A stretch of 64,000 bases of DNA from Thermodesulfobacteriota bacterium (GCA_965205855.1 OZ242184.1:896001-960000), one strand, 5' to 3'; counted from the stretch's first letter, positions 11,076 to 25,032 are shown. Translations and numbers: made by a program. The notes: generated by a model from the sequence alone, not told the origin.

Positions 11076-12778
11076 AACCCGCCGAAAAACCCGGTGAGGT
11101 GAAAAAAAAAGATTTCATAAGAGAGATTGTTTCAAGCGACTTGGTCTCCGGGAAAAACGGCGGACTGGTTGTAACACGCTTTCCTCCGGAGCCCAACGGG
11201 CATTTGCATATAGGGCACGCCAAATCAATATGTCTTAACTTCTCCATCGCCACGGAAAACTCGGGAAAATGCAATCTGCGCTTTGACGATACAAATCCCG
11301 GCAAAGAGAAGGGGAAATTTGTCGAGTCAATCAAATCCGATATAAAATGGCTCGGTTTTGACTGGGAAGACCGCATTTTCTTTGCCTCGGATTATTTTGA
11401 CAAACTGTTTGAATGCGCCGTTCATCTGACAGAAAACTCGCTTGCCTATGTGGATGACCTCAGCGCGGAAGACATTCGCCTGCATCGCGGTACTTTGACC
11501 AAACCGGGCAAAAACAGCCCCTTCAGGGAAAGAACAGTTTCCGTAAACCTCGCTCTTCTCCACGAAATGAAAAACGGGAAGTTTTCCGAAGGAGAAAAGG
11601 TATTAAGGGCAAAAATAGACATGACTTCTCCAAACATCAATATGCGGGACCCGGTGATATACCGCATACTGGAAACCCCTCATCACAAAACCGGCACAAT
11701 CTGGAAAATTTATCCGACTTACGATTTTGCCCATCCGCTTTCAGATGCAATTGAGAAAGTAACCCACTCCCTGTGCACTCTTGAGTTTGAAGACCACAGA
11801 CCGCTCTACGACTGGTTTGTTGAGCGCCTTGGTGACCTGCTGGGGAACCGTCCGCGTCAGATAGAGTTTTCCCGCCTTGAGATGAGCCATACCGTTATGA
11901 GCAAAAGACAGTTGTCCGAACTTGTTGAGACCGGGGTTACGGACGGCTGGGACGACCCCAGAATGCCGACAATTTCCGCAATGCGACGGCGCGGATATCC
12001 GCCGGAATCCATAAGGCTTTTTTGCGACAAAGTTGGAATCACAAAACAGAAAAGCTTAATAGAGCAGAGTTTGCTTGAGCACACGGTCAGGGAGTGTCTG
12101 AATAAAACCGCGCTGAGACGGATGGCGGTTTTGAATCCGCTTAAGGTTGTCATAACAAACTATCCGGAAGATAAAGAGGAGTTTCTGTCTGCGACAAACA
12201 ATCCCGAAGACGATTCTGCGGGAACAAGACAGCTTCCATTTTCCCGGACAATCTATGTGGAAAGGGACGACTTTATGGAAAAACCCCCGAAGAAATTCCA
12301 CCGCCTCGCTCCGGGCACGGAGGTACGGCTCCGATACGGATATTTTGTTACTTGTGTTGATGTCATAAAAAACGACAAAGGAGAGGTTGCAGAACTGCAT
12401 TGCGAATACGATCCCCAGACAAAAGGCGGACACGCGCCCGATGGACGCAAAGTACGGGGAACAATTCACTGGGTCAGCGCGAAACACTCCGAACTCGCGC
12501 AAGTAAGAATTTACGACAGACTTTTCACGCCGGAAAACCCGTCCGCCGAAGGAAAGAATTTAAAAGATATTATCAATCCCGCTTCAATTGAAACCCTGAA
12601 AGATATTCCCGTTGAGCTGTCATTGAAAAAAGCAAAGCCCGGAGAAGTCTTTCAGTTTGAGAGGAAGGGCTATTTCGTCGTTGATAAAGATTCGAGAAAC
12701 GATGAGATTGTTTTCAACAGAACTGCAACGCTCAGAGATTCGTGGGAGAAAAAGGGCAAAAACGCAAACAAAGGTTAA
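11054..12778 (+). CDS. glnS: glutamine--tRNA ligase
   Basis: TRFPPEPNGHLHIGH, MSKR, GWDDPRMPT, FQFERKGYF. Confidence 0.97.
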   Translation: MQHKVEIEPAEKPGEVKKKDFIREIVSSDLVSGKNGGLVVTRFPPEPNGHLHIGHAKSICLNFSIATENSGKCNLRFDDTNPGKEKGKFVESIKSDIKWLGFDWEDRIFFASDYFDKLFECAVHLTENSLAYVDDLSAEDIRLHRGTLTKPGKNSPFRERTVSVNLALLHEMKNGKFSEGEKVLRAKIDMTSPNINMRDPVIYRILETPHHKTGTIWKIYPTYDFAHPLSDAIEKVTHSLCTLEFEDHRPLYDWFVERLGDLLGNRPRQIEFSRLEMSHTVMSKRQLSELVETGVTDGWDDPRMPTISAMRRRGYPPESIRLFCDKVGITKQKSLIEQSLLEHTVRECLNKTALRRMAVLNPLKVVITNYPEDKEEFLSATNNPEDDSAGTRQLPFSRTIYVERDDFMEKPPKKFHRLAPGTEVRLRYGYFVTCVDVIKNDKGEVAELHCEYDPQTKGGHAPDGRKVRGTIHWVSAKHSELAQVRIYDRLFTPENPSAEGKNLKDIINPASIETLKDIPVELSLKKAKPGEVFQFERKGYFVVDKDSRNDEIVFNRTATLRDSWEKKGKNANKG

Positions 12779-12792
12779 TCTCCCGAAGAACG

Positions 12793-13740
12793 TTAATTGC
12801 TTTCCGTCTCAAACCATTCTTCATGCTTTCCGTTTTCCGCGCGCGTGATTTCAAAAAACACTTTCTGAAGTTTTTTTGTAACCGGTCCGGGTTTGCCGTT
12901 GCCGATTTTTCTTTTGTCCACTTCGCGCACGGGAGTTATTTCCGCCGCCGTGCCGGTCAGAAAAACCTCATCGGCGGTGTAAAGCTCGTCTCTGGTAAAA
13001 CGCTGTTCACGCACCTCAAGCCCCTCGTCCGCAGCGAGTTGAATAACAGAGTCTCTGGTTATTCCCTCAAGCACGGATGTCAGCGGAGGGGTCTTTATAA
13101 CATCGCCCCGGACGGCAAATATGTTCTCTCCGCTTCCTTCGGCAACATATCCCTCGGCGTCCAGAAGCAACGCCTCATCAAAACCCATTGATATGGCTTC
13201 CTGTTTTGCCAGAACCGAGTTCACATAGTTGCCGCAAACTTTCGCCTTTGTCATAAAAGAGTTGACATTCATCCTTGTGAAAGAGGAAATTTTTGTTCTG
13301 ATACCGTTATTTATTCCGTCGTCGCCTAGATAGGCACCCCAATTCCACGCGGCAATGGCCGTGGACACGGGATTGTTCTTGGGATACAAACCCATAGAGC
13401 CGTAACCGAGAAATGATATCGGGCGTATATAGGCTTCCTGCAGACCGTTTTTCTTGAGAAGTTCAAAAATTGCGCCGCGAATTTCGTCTTTTGTATGAGG
13501 AATTTTCATACCCACTATGTGAGCGGACATAAAAAATCTGTCTATGTGCTTGCCGAGCTTCAACACGGCGGGTTTGTCCGGCTTCTTGGGGTTTCTGTAC
13601 GCCCTTATGCCCTCAAAAACCCCCATTCCGTAGTGCAAAGTGTGGGTCAATATGTGAACATTCGCGCTTTCCCATGGAACGAGCGAACCGTTGAGCCATA
13701 TAAGCTCAGGCATATCAATGGTATTTGAAGGTTCTGGCAT
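12793..13740 (-). CDS. ilvE: branched-chain amino acid aminotransferase
   Basis: [42 protein letters not shown]. Confidence 0.97.
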   Translation of the reverse strand: MPEPSNTIDMPELIWLNGSLVPWESANVHILTHTLHYGMGVFEGIRAYRNPKKPDKPAVLKLGKHIDRFFMSAHIVGMKIPHTKDEIRGAIFELLKKNGLQEAYIRPISFLGYGSMGLYPKNNPVSTAIAAWNWGAYLGDDGINNGIRTKISSFTRMNVNSFMTKAKVCGNYVNSVLAKQEAISMGFDEALLLDAEGYVAEGSGENIFAVRGDVIKTPPLTSVLEGITRDSVIQLAADEGLEVREQRFTRDELYTADEVFLTGTAAEITPVREVDKRKIGNGKPGPVTKKLQKVFFEITRAENGKHEEWFETESN

Positions 13741-13836
13741 TGGGAAGTTCCGCTTGCTTACAAACGGGCTATTCTAACGACCACCGTCGAAAGTGCAATA
13801 TGCCTTTTTCTCTTCGTGTGGTAGATTTCGATTTTT

Positions 13837-15084
13837 ATGGCTCAGAAAAACGGCGAAAAAAGAGTTCTTTTTATCAATCATTCGGTTCGTGACGGGGGTC
13901 CGGGAAGGAGTCTTTTCTACATACTGAAACATATTGACCGGAAAGTTATCCGTCCGGTTGTGCTTATACCCCGTGACGACATATTCAGCGAAAGGCTGAA
14001 GGAAACGGGAATATACCGTGATGTGATTGTTGATTCCCGTTTTCCGGACGGGCTTTTCCGCCCTTACCTGCAGAAATTTCTCTCTAACTTCAGGTTTTCC
14101 TCTCCAGTGTTCACAACGTTTCTGAAGTTCATATACGCCACGGTCAACATATTGCGGATAGCAGCTCTTGTTTTCACTTTCGGAAATGTAATACGGGAGA
14201 GGCGCGTAGATTTGATACACTGCAACGGGACAATAGCAAAAATCACGGGCGCGTTTATGGGCACTATTTACAAACGACCGGTTGTTTGGCATGTAAGAAA
14301 CATACAGCAAACCCGTTTTTTGAAGTTTCTGATAACAAGTCTCGCCTCTTTTTCATCGGTTAAAAAGATAATATGCGTTTCACGCGCCACCGCTCTTCAG
14401 TTTGGGAACAACCCGAAAGTATGCGTAATACATAACGGCGTGGATATTGAAGATTTTGACTCCAAAGAAATGCGCCGGGGTGGGTTGAGAAAGGAGTTTT
14501 CAATCAAGCCGGACACAATTGTGATAGGAAACGCGGGCAGAGTGGTTCCGCGAAAAGGATATGAGCACATTCTGGAAGTCGCGTCCTCGCTTTTGAAAAG
14601 GGAGGGTTTGAAAGAGAAAATCAAATTCGTGATTGTTGGTGATACGCCCGGTTTTTTCGGGGAAAATCATCTTTCCAAACTCAAGGACGCAATCGTAAAA
14701 ATGGGAATGTCGGACAGCTTTGTCTTTACGGGATTTAGAAAAAATGTCGCTACGTGCCTCGCGGACTTTGACATATTCATTATGCCTTCCAACTACCCCG
14801 ATCCGTTTCCCCGATCCGTCATAGAGGCGATGTCTTGCGGTATACCGGTTGTGGGTTTCAAGGTGGGAGGAATAGAAGAATCGGTTGAGAACGGAGTAAC
14901 GGGGATTTTAAGCCCTCCTGGAGACATAAGCCATATGACCGCGAGCGTAAGCAATCTTATGGAAAATGAGAACTTAAGAAAATCCATGGGAATAGCAGCC
15001 AAACAGCGCGCGGAAAATTTTTACTCGGCGCGGAGCAAAACGATGGAAATTCAGTCCGTTCTTGTTGAAGCGTCCGAAAAGTAG
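13837..15084 (+). CDS. glycosyltransferase family 4 (GT-B)
   Basis: VIHNGVD, GRVVPRKG, PFPRSVIEAMSCGIPVV. Confidence 0.92.
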   Translation: MAQKNGEKRVLFINHSVRDGGPGRSLFYILKHIDRKVIRPVVLIPRDDIFSERLKETGIYRDVIVDSRFPDGLFRPYLQKFLSNFRFSSPVFTTFLKFIYATVNILRIAALVFTFGNVIRERRVDLIHCNGTIAKITGAFMGTIYKRPVVWHVRNIQQTRFLKFLITSLASFSSVKKIICVSRATALQFGNNPKVCVIHNGVDIEDFDSKEMRRGGLRKEFSIKPDTIVIGNAGRVVPRKGYEHILEVASSLLKREGLKEKIKFVIVGDTPGFFGENHLSKLKDAIVKMGMSDSFVFTGFRKNVATCLADFDIFIMPSNYPDPFPRSVIEAMSCGIPVVGFKVGGIEESVENGVTGILSPPGDISHMTASVSNLMENENLRKSMGIAAKQRAENFYSARSKTMEIQSVLVEASEK

Positions 15085-15089
15085 AGGTT

Positions 15090-16451
15090 TCAGACAGTCT
15101 TTCTTGCTTCCCTTTTACGGAAGAACAGCCTTATCGGAGTGCCCTCAAAACCGAACTCCTCTCTGAGCCGCCGCTCAATATATTTTGAATAATGAGAGGG
15201 AACCCCAGCTCCCGTGGAGTTTGTAAACACAACAAAACTCGGCGGCTGTGAGCGAACCTGACTCATGTAGTATGCCTTGAACTCCCGACCCCGAAAAACC
15301 GACGGGCCGCTGCGCACGGCTTTTTTCAGAAAGTCGTTCAGTTTTCTCGTGGAAATTTTTTTCCGGTGCCACAAGTGCGCCTGACAAACCTCCTCAAACA
15401 ATTTGTGAACGTTCTTCCCTTTCAAAGCGGATGCTTTCATCACCGACGAAAAAGAAAGAACGCCTCCAAGCCGCTCAACTGTTTTTTCGCGGATATCCTT
15501 CACTTCCCTTACGTTTTCGGGCGCGAGGTCCCATTTATTCAAAACAACCACCGCCGGTTTTCCCCTGTCCTCTACGAGAGATGCAAGACGTATGTCCTGC
15601 CGTGAGGGGCCTTTACCAGCGTCTATCATTAGCACCGCAACATCACACGCTGCTATGCTTCTTATCGCTTTCAAGGTTCCAAGACGCTCAACCGAATCTC
15701 CTATTCTCGCCCTTTTACGCACGCCCGCGGTGTCCGTCATCACATATTTTCGCCCTCCGTATTCAAGCGGGACATCAACGGCATCGCGTGTGGTTCCGGG
15801 TTCGGAACTTGTTATCATCCTATCGCTTTTCAGTATTGTGTTGACGAGTGTGGATTTTCCCACATTGGGTTTGCCGAGAACCGCGACCCGTATCGGCGGC
15901 TCGCTATCGTCTTTGGTCTGCGCACGTTTCAGGGGCGATAGCGCCGAGGTTATGCTGTCAAGAAGCTCGTAGGTGTTACGTCCGTGAAGAGCGGAAATCC
16001 CGGCGGTTTCCAACTCCCCCATAAAATGAAAATTATTAACAAGTTTCTCGTGCTTTGTATGGTCTATCTTGTTCACAAAGCAAAAAACCTTTTTTCTGCT
16101 TTTTCTTAGCATCCTCATAATCTCCACGTCCTGAGGAACTGGGCTCTCCATTCCGTTGAGAAGCATCACAATCAAATCTGCCTCCGCAATGGCGATTTTC
16201 ACCTGCTCTTTTGCCCCCGACTCCGAGGTATCCCCACCCAGAGACTCAAGCCCAGCCGTGTCAACAACAGAAAAATCCAACCCGTTCCATCTTACGTCCG
16301 CATATATTCTGTCCCTTGTTACACCCGGCACACTCTCCACGATTGCCTTGTCTGTTCCCGTAATCCTGTTGAACAAAGTTGATTTACCCACATTGGGCCT
16401 TCCAACAATTGCAACAAGGGGAACCGGTTGTCTGGCGGATTGAGAAAACAT
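15090..16451 (-). CDS. der: ribosome biogenesis GTPase Der (EngA)
   Basis: two G domains (GRPNVGKS, GKPNVGKS, DTAG, NKID/NKWD) and a C-terminal KH-like domain ending FGFEGTPI. Confidence 0.98.
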   Translation of the reverse strand: MFSQSARQPVPLVAIVGRPNVGKSTLFNRITGTDKAIVESVPGVTRDRIYADVRWNGLDFSVVDTAGLESLGGDTSESGAKEQVKIAIAEADLIVMLLNGMESPVPQDVEIMRMLRKSRKKVFCFVNKIDHTKHEKLVNNFHFMGELETAGISALHGRNTYELLDSITSALSPLKRAQTKDDSEPPIRVAVLGKPNVGKSTLVNTILKSDRMITSSEPGTTRDAVDVPLEYGGRKYVMTDTAGVRKRARIGDSVERLGTLKAIRSIAACDVAVLMIDAGKGPSRQDIRLASLVEDRGKPAVVVLNKWDLAPENVREVKDIREKTVERLGGVLSFSSVMKASALKGKNVHKLFEEVCQAHLWHRKKISTRKLNDFLKKAVRSGPSVFRGREFKAYYMSQVRSQPPSFVVFTNSTGAGVPSHYSKYIERRLREEFGFEGTPIRLFFRKREARKTV

Positions 16452-16482
16452 AACGCTGGCACATTATATATTATTGTCCGTT

Positions 16483-16941
16483 ATGCAAAGGAAAAGAGTT
16501 TTAAAAACAGGAGCCGAAGCAGGCGCGCCAGTATTAGTTGTCAACAGAAGCCTCAAGGCGGAGCCCCGGCACCTCCGCCTCATCAAAAAGTGCGCGCGCA
16601 AAGCACTTGAGATTCTTTCCCTCAAAGGCGAATTGAGCATAGCAGTTGTTGACGACCCGGAGATGCGGGAGATTAACCGGACTTACAAAAAAGCGTCAAA
16701 AACAACCGACGTACTCTCTTTTGAGCAAGGTGAAAACGGTTTGATAGGCGACGTTATAATATCTTTTGAAACCGCCCGCCGCCGTGCCGGTCTTTACGGC
16801 ATCACGATTGAAGAGGAAATAAAGCGCCTCGTTGTCCACGGGACCGCCCACCTTGCCGGACACACTCATAAGAGGAGAAAGGACGGCGCAGAAATGCGCG
16901 CCGAAGAATCAAAAATTCTCTCCGCCGTCTCAAAACTATGA
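16483..16941 (+). CDS. ybeY: rRNA maturation endoribonuclease YbeY
   Basis: TDVLSF, GDVIIS, HGTAHLAGHTH metal motif. Confidence 0.95.
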   Translation: MQRKRVLKTGAEAGAPVLVVNRSLKAEPRHLRLIKKCARKALEILSLKGELSIAVVDDPEMREINRTYKKASKTTDVLSFEQGENGLIGDVIISFETARRRAGLYGITIEEEIKRLVVHGTAHLAGHTHKRRKDGAEMRAEESKILSAVSKL

Positions 16942-17529
16942 AACGTCCGGCACGGGCTCCGGTTTTTGGGGTTTGGCCTCCGACTGTTGCGCTCCGAGGT
17001 CTCTCTCTATTTCTTCAATCTCTTTGAGCGTGGGAAGGTCGGAAAGTCTTTCTATGCCGAAAGTCTCAAAAAACTCCCCGGTTGTTTTATAGAGAAACGG
17101 CCTGCCGGGAACGTCCTTTCTTCCGCATATTTCAAGCAGTCGCCTTTCCATAAGAAGGTTGACGACTGCGGATGAATCCACACCGCGTATTTCCTCCACA
17201 TCGGCTTTTGTCAGAGGCTGCTGATACGCCGATATGGCAAGTACTTCAAGCGCTGCCTTGCTGAGGCGTAGTTTCTTTATTTTTTTGTTGAATTTGATTA
17301 TCTCGCCCGCGTGCTCTTTTTTTGTGCGGAACTGATAACCGCCCGCGACTTTTACAAGCTCAAAACCCCTGTCCAACTCGTTCCACTCATTGGCAAGCTC
17401 CCTGAAAATTGCGCCGATGTCTTCACCGGCGAGTTCGGGCAGATTGTTTTTTACCTCCCCCGGGCTCACGGGTGACTGTGATGTAAAAACAACCGCCTCA
17501 ACCGTTTTCTTTATCAGTTTTTTCTCCAT
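16936..17529 (-). CDS. scpB: SMC-Scp complex subunit ScpB
   Basis: VAGGYQFRT, LSKAALEVLAISAYQQP, EIRGVDS, GRPFLY; start MEKKLI at 17529. Confidence 0.96.
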   Translation of the reverse strand: MEKKLIKKTVEAVVFTSQSPVSPGEVKNNLPELAGEDIGAIFRELANEWNELDRGFELVKVAGGYQFRTKKEHAGEIIKFNKKIKKLRLSKAALEVLAISAYQQPLTKADVEEIRGVDSSAVVNLLMERRLLEICGRKDVPGRPFLYKTTGEFFETFGIERLSDLPTLKEIEEIERDLGAQQSEAKPQKPEPVPDVS

Positions 17530-18307
17530 CCTTTTTTTCCTCCGAATATAAAAGTCGTATTGAAGAGAAAGGTTTTTTTTGAAACAACTCCACAATTTCT
17601 TTTTTCGCAAGTTCAAGAATCGCCATAAAAGAAATAACAATATGTCTCTTTGATGGCGCGCCGTCCTCAAAAAGCATATTGAAATCTTCTATAACTTTCT
17701 TCTCTTTTATCTTTTCATGTATCTCGGCAATTCGCCGCTCCACCGACACGGGGTCTATGACAAAGGTTATGTCTTCGGTGTCATTTTCGTTGATTCTCGC
17801 TCTCATCTCACACAGGGAAGCGATAAGTTTCCACACACCGGACGTTGCCGTTTCGGTTTCAATTTCCGGATCGCCGAATTCCTCCGCATATCCGTATCCT
17901 TTTACAAACACATCCCTGCCCAGTAAATTCATATCAGCCATTTTCATCGCGACATCACGAAACCTCTCATATACAACCAGCCGCCTCGCAAGTTCCATGC
18001 GAGGGTCGAGCTGCGAAACTTCATCCTCTTCTTCGGTACGGGGTAAAAGCATTTTGGATTTTATAAAACCCAGCTCCGCAAGGAGGGGAAGATAAGCCCC
18101 AATGGCGTCAAGGTCGCACTCTTCAATCATTGTCAAATGGCGGTTGTACTGGTCGGAAATTTCCGAAATTGGAATGTCATAAATATTTATTTCGCTTTTT
18201 TTAACGAGAGAAAGCAGAAGGTCCAACGGGCCTTCAAATTCTTCAATATCAACCGTATAAAAGTCTGTATGCGTATCGTCGGTCAATTTTTGCTGTTTTT
18301 CCGTCAT
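17498..18307 (-). CDS. scpA: segregation/condensation protein ScpA
   Basis: FEGPLDLLL, IKSKMLLP, DPRMEL, FMAILEL. Confidence 0.96.
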   Translation of the reverse strand: MTEKQQKLTDDTHTDFYTVDIEEFEGPLDLLLSLVKKSEINIYDIPISEISDQYNRHLTMIEECDLDAIGAYLPLLAELGFIKSKMLLPRTEEEDEVSQLDPRMELARRLVVYERFRDVAMKMADMNLLGRDVFVKGYGYAEEFGDPEIETETATSGVWKLIASLCEMRARINENDTEDITFVIDPVSVERRIAEIHEKIKEKKVIEDFNMLFEDGAPSKRHIVISFMAILELAKKEIVELFQKKPFSSIRLLYSEEKKDGEKTDKENG

Positions 18308-18319
18308 TGCAACACGGAT

Positions 18320-18964
18320 TTAAAGAATGCCCTGCACTCCCGATAACAAAACGGTCATCTCCTTTACAGGCGTCCATAAAACTTTCATAAACCCTTCCCT
18401 TGCAAATATAAAAATTCCAAACAGCAGAAGCATCCCGATTTTTTCAAAACGTATGTAAAAATCCGCCAACCTTCCCGGAAGAATCCCGTAAAGAATCCTT
18501 GAGCCGTCAAGCGGAGGAATCGGAATAAGATTGAACAGCGCAAGGGCGATGCTGTAGAAAACGGTTAGAATCAGTACATTCCTCATAAATATCTCCGCAC
18601 CGGGAGAAAGCAAATTCCCCGTTCCAAAGTCCGCAAGAGCCCTGATTACCCATCCGGCGACAAATGCGGTCAGAAGGTTTGACAGAGGCCCGGCCGCCGC
18701 TATGTATATCATTTCTGTTTTCGGGTTTTTCAGTTTGGAGAGATCCACAGGCACCGGCTTCGCCCATCCGAACCCCACTATGAACATGAGCACGGTTCCG
18801 AGAATATCAAGGTGTGCTATCGGGTTGAGGGTCAGTCTCCCGAGCCTTCTTGCCGTATCGTCTCCAAGCGCGTCTGCCACAAAGGCGTGGCTGAACTCAT
18901 GTACGGTCAGCACAAACAGTATGACGACCGACAGAACCACAATTTGCAAAGGGTCGAAAAACAC
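18320..18964 (-). CDS. site-2 protease family (M50) membrane metalloprotease
   Basis: HEFSH, AAGPLSN, FNLIPIPPLDG. Confidence 0.94.
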   Translation of the reverse strand: MFFDPLQIVVLSVVILFVLTVHEFSHAFVADALGDDTARRLGRLTLNPIAHLDILGTVLMFIVGFGWAKPVPVDLSKLKNPKTEMIYIAAAGPLSNLLTAFVAGWVIRALADFGTGNLLSPGAEIFMRNVLILTVFYSIALALFNLIPIPPLDGSRILYGILPGRLADFYIRFEKIGMLLLFGIFIFAREGFMKVLWTPVKEMTVLLSGVQGIL

Positions 18965-18968
18965 CGCG

Positions 18969-21154
<2,186 letters not shown>

Positions 21155-22318
21155 TTATCCCAGACTGTTTTTCAAACCCTCCGCCCTGTCGGTTCTTTCC
21201 CATGTAAATCCTCTCTCCTCGCGGCCGAAATGACCGTACGCAGCGGTCTGTAAATACACGGGTCTGAGAAGTTCGAGATCTTCTATAATACCCGCGGGTC
21301 TAAGGTCAAAATTTTCCCTTATTGCGGACGCTATTCTGCTTTCCGGCTCGGTTGACGTCCCGAAGGTATCTACCATTACGGAGACGGGATGTGCTATTCC
21401 TATCGCATAGGCGAGTTGAATTTCACACTCCTTCGCGATTCCTGCCGCCACAATGTTTTTTGCTATGTAACGCGCCATATACGCGGCGCTGCGGTCAACC
21501 TTTGAAGGGTCTTTTCCGGAAAAGGCTCCCCCGCCGTGGCGTGCCCAGCCGCCGTATGTGTCTATGATGATTTTTCTTCCCGTAAGACCGACATCCCCCA
21601 TCGGACCGCCTATGACAAATCTTCCGGTCGGGTTTACAAAAATTTTGGTTTCTTTAGTAATAAGAGACTCGTCAATCACGGGCTTCACAACCTCTTCTAC
21701 AATCCCCTCGTATATGGTCTTGCTGTTCGTATCAGCCGAGTGCTGGGAGGAAACCACCACCGTGTCTATTGCAACAGGTTTGTTGTTTTCGTATCTGACA
21801 GTAACCTGGGATTTTCCGTCTGGCCTGAGAAACGGCAGAACGCCCTTTTTCCTTGCCTCGGAAAGATTCTTTGACAGCTGATGCGCGCACATAATTGGAA
21901 ACGGAAGAAGCTCGGGTGTGTCATCATTCGCATATCCAAACATAAGCCCCTGGTCTCCGGCTCCCTGCTCTTTTCCGGGTCCCGAATCAACCCCCGCTGC
22001 TATGTCCTCGGACTGCACATCGGTTGCCACAACAACTGAGCAAGTCCTCGCATCAAAGCCCATTGAACTGTCCGTATATCCTATGTTTTCCACTGTCTGT
22101 CTGACCGTTTCGGGAATGTTAACCCGACTTGAGCTTGTTATCTCGCCCGACACAACGACAAGCCCCGTGGTTATCAAAGTCTCGCACGCGACCCTGCTGT
22201 TGGGGTCTCCGTCGAGCATTCGGTCAAGAACCGCATCCGATATCTGGTCTGCTATCTTATCGGGATGGCCCTCGGTTACGGACTCTGATGTGAAAATAAA
22301 ACTCTTGTTGGAGGACAT
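21155..22318 (-). CDS. metK: S-adenosylmethionine synthetase
   Basis: [35 protein letters not shown]. Confidence 0.99.
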   Translation of the reverse strand: MSSNKSFIFTSESVTEGHPDKIADQISDAVLDRMLDGDPNSRVACETLITTGLVVVSGEITSSSRVNIPETVRQTVENIGYTDSSMGFDARTCSVVVATDVQSEDIAAGVDSGPGKEQGAGDQGLMFGYANDDTPELLPFPIMCAHQLSKNLSEARKKGVLPFLRPDGKSQVTVRYENNKPVAIDTVVVSSQHSADTNSKTIYEGIVEEVVKPVIDESLITKETKIFVNPTGRFVIGGPMGDVGLTGRKIIIDTYGGWARHGGGAFSGKDPSKVDRSAAYMARYIAKNIVAAGIAKECEIQLAYAIGIAHPVSVMVDTFGTSTEPESRIASAIRENFDLRPAGIIEDLELLRPVYLQTAAYGHFGREERGFTWERTDRAEGLKNSLG

Positions 22319-22351
22319 AATCTGAAAAATGACTCAACGAACTGAAAACTC

Positions 22352-22380
22352 AACATATTGCCTATATACCTTTGTGTCAA
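22352..22380 (-). promoter_or_regulatory. putative sigma70 promoter of the metK operon
   Basis: minus strand TTGACA-N17-TATGTT, about 35 nt upstream of the metK ATG. Confidence 0.6.
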
Positions 22381-22414
22381 GTTTTCCGGAAACGCAAAAG
22401 AGCGCGCGGCGGTT

Positions 22415-23083
22415 TCAGGCGAGAATCTTTGAGACCATGACGTTTTTCTCCCCTTCCGTTCTCTCCTGGGACGGAGGAATTCGGCTTCCCTTGTGAACCG
22501 CCGGGCGCGCGGCCACGCACTCAAACCACTTTTTCAGATTCGGCAGACGGGAGATATCAACGCCCGCCCTGTCGCAACTGTCCGCCCAGGGCCAAAGCGC
22601 CATATCCGCTATTGTGTAGTCCTGTCCGGCGACAAATGGAACAAGAGAAAGTCTTTTTTCCAGAACTTCATACAACCTGTTTGTCTCTCTTGTGTATCTG
22701 TCCCGCGCGTAGTAGGTTTCCTCCTCGGTAACATAGTGGCGGAAAACATGCGCCTGCCCGTGCATGGGACCAACTCCCGACATTTGAAACATAAGCCACT
22801 GCATCACAACCGACCTGCCCTCCAAGTCGCCCGGCAGGAATTTACCGGTTTTCTCGGCAAGATAGACAAGAATCGCACCGGATTCAAAAACGGCGAACCC
22901 TCCCATGTCTTCATCAACAATCACGGGTATCCGCCCGTTGGGATTCATTGCGAGAAACTCCGGTTTTTTCTGCTCCATCTCATCCAGTTTGACAGTGTGA
23001 ACCTTGTATGGAACCCCTGTTTCCTCAAGCATTATGGAGATTTTTCTTCCGTTTGGAGTCGCCGCTGTGTAAAGATGAATCAT
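22415..23083 (-). CDS. glutathione S-transferase family (YfcG/YghU-like)
   Basis: [29 protein letters not shown]. Confidence 0.93.
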   Translation of the reverse strand: MIHLYTAATPNGRKISIMLEETGVPYKVHTVKLDEMEQKKPEFLAMNPNGRIPVIVDEDMGGFAVFESGAILVYLAEKTGKFLPGDLEGRSVVMQWLMFQMSGVGPMHGQAHVFRHYVTEEETYYARDRYTRETNRLYEVLEKRLSLVPFVAGQDYTIADMALWPWADSCDRAGVDISRLPNLKKWFECVAARPAVHKGSRIPPSQERTEGEKNVMVSKILA

Positions 23084-23094
23084 TGGTAAAACTG

Positions 23095-23898
23095 TCAGCG
23101 AACAACTTCTATAACTCTGCTTTCACTGCCGAATCTGCCGGGAACAACATCGCCCGAACTGTCCAGGAGCTCAATCCGAAAAGTGTATACGCCGCTTTTC
23201 AGTCCTTCGACAAAAGCCGGACTCCACTTGGCAAACACCTCGGATGCCACAATGGAATCTCGGGACGCGCCCTCTCCTTCATGGACGGTCAGCCTCACCC
23301 TGTATCCATCTTTGCGGAGAACCGCATTGTGAATGTAGAAATCAACCATTATTCTCTCCGCGTCTTTACCTTTATAAGAGCCCTTGGGACGACTGTATAT
23401 AAGCGCGGGACCGGTTGAAAGGTTTTCAAGCGGATAGGGTTTCCCGAAAGATGAGAAAACACTGAAGTTTACAATATCGGACGCGCCTTCTGTTTTAACG
23501 CTTTCGTGATAAGAGCGCGACGGGAAAACGACAAGAGTATGGGTCCCCGGGCTCAAACCGTCCAGGCGAACCGGCTTTGAAACATCGTAGATGGCTTTGT
23601 ATGGCTTGTTGTCAACAATCAAATGTATATGCTGCCCCCGGTCCGAGTTTGCCACAAGAGTTTTTCTTCCGGTTCGGGTCTGAACTCCGAGTTTATAGCC
23701 GGCAACTTCCAGTTTGATTTTTGGCGACCGCGAGAAAACGGACTTACCGTGCTTCGGATAAACAACCCTGACCCGCGGGCTGCGGAACTCGGGCGACCTT
23801 GTAACCTTGGTAATGCGAACCTGCTCCGCTCCGCGAACATCTGTCGAAAAAACTGCTATAAAAAGCCCCGATACGGCAAAAAAAAGTAAAAACCTCAT
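23095..23898 (-). CDS. exported hypothetical protein with His-containing beta domains
   Basis: signal peptide; [13 protein letters not shown] and [18 protein letters not shown] segments. Confidence 0.7.
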   Translation of the reverse strand: MRFLLFFAVSGLFIAVFSTDVRGAEQVRITKVTRSPEFRSPRVRVVYPKHGKSVFSRSPKIKLEVAGYKLGVQTRTGRKTLVANSDRGQHIHLIVDNKPYKAIYDVSKPVRLDGLSPGTHTLVVFPSRSYHESVKTEGASDIVNFSVFSSFGKPYPLENLSTGPALIYSRPKGSYKGKDAERIMVDFYIHNAVLRKDGYRVRLTVHEGEGASRDSIVASEVFAKWSPAFVEGLKSGVYTFRIELLDSSGDVVPGRFGSESRVIEVVR

Positions 23899-23974
23899 AT
23901 TTTAGTTTAACACTACAACGCCGTCCGGCGGAAAGAAATTTGAAAAACGCCACCGCCCGTGTAAGTTCCACGCC

Positions 23975-25015
23975 ATGGGCGGAGACCGGAAAAAAAGTGG
24001 GGGAAACTTCGGCGTTCCGGACTCCGACACCACATTGCTTGACATACCGGCGCGTCCGCGCAGGAACAGAAAGACAGAGGCGATACGTTCCCTTGTGAAG
24101 GAAACAACTCTGTCTGTGCGGGAACTCATCTATCCTGTCTTTATTCACGCCGGCAAAGCGGATGAAGAAATAGCCTCAATGCCCGGCAGAAAAAGGTTCA
24201 CGCCGGACGGTCTTCTAAGGGAAACGGAAAACTGCCTCAAGGCGGGAATCACCTCATTTATGCTGTTTCCCGTGATTGACGAAAAACTCAAATCCCCGAA
24301 CGCGAAAGAGGCGGAAAACCCTCACGGGCTTGTTCCCCGAACCGTGCGCAAATTGAAAAAGGAGTTTCCCGAAACAGTTGTCATAACGGATGTGGCTCTT
24401 GACCCGTATTCAAGCGACGGGCATGACGGGATTGTCTCTGCATCGGGTGAAATACTGAACGACGCGACGGTTGAAATCCTCTGCCGGCAGGCTCTCTGTC
24501 ACGCGGATTGCGGAGCAGATATCGTAGCCCCGAGTGATATGATGGACGGACGGGTCGGCGCGATAAGGGAAACGCTTGATGAAAGCGGCTGTACGGACAC
24601 TTCAATACTTTCCTACACGGCAAAATACGCTTCGTGTTTCTACGGGCCATTTCGCGGCGCGCTTGTCTCGGTGCCGAAGTCGGGAAACAAACAAACCTAT
24701 CAGATGGACCCGGCAAACTTGAGAGAAGCCCTCAGGGAGTTGAGCCTTGATGAAGCGGAAGGGGCGGACATAGTAATGGTAAAACCCGCAAGCCATTACC
24801 TTGATGTCGTAAGCGCGTTCAAGGAATCAACCGACCTGCCCATTGCCGCGTATCAGGTAAGCGGCGAATATATCATGATAAAAGCGGCCGCCGAAAAAGG
24901 GTACCTGAATGAACATAACGCGATTATGGAAAGTCTGACTTCAATCAAAAGAGCGGGAGCGGATATGGTAGCGACATACTTCGCCCCCGAAGCGGCAAAG
25001 ATAATCCGGCCTTAA
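23975..25015 (+). CDS. hemB: porphobilinogen synthase
   Basis: RPRRNR, DVALDPYSSDGHDG (Asp-rich, non-Zn type), APSDMMDGR, MVKPA, AYQVSGEY. Confidence 0.98.
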   Translation: MGGDRKKSGGNFGVPDSDTTLLDIPARPRRNRKTEAIRSLVKETTLSVRELIYPVFIHAGKADEEIASMPGRKRFTPDGLLRETENCLKAGITSFMLFPVIDEKLKSPNAKEAENPHGLVPRTVRKLKKEFPETVVITDVALDPYSSDGHDGIVSASGEILNDATVEILCRQALCHADCGADIVAPSDMMDGRVGAIRETLDESGCTDTSILSYTAKYASCFYGPFRGALVSVPKSGNKQTYQMDPANLREALRELSLDEAEGADIVMVKPASHYLDVVSAFKESTDLPIAAYQVSGEYIMIKAAAEKGYLNEHNAIMESLTSIKRAGADMVATYFAPEAAKIIRP

Positions 25016-25032
25016 ACTCCCGTTTCGGTGTC

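Noticed and set aside
22319-22414. SAM riboswitch upstream of metK
   Set aside because: Leader after the predicted promoter is only about 30 nt and has no SAM-riboswitch motif.
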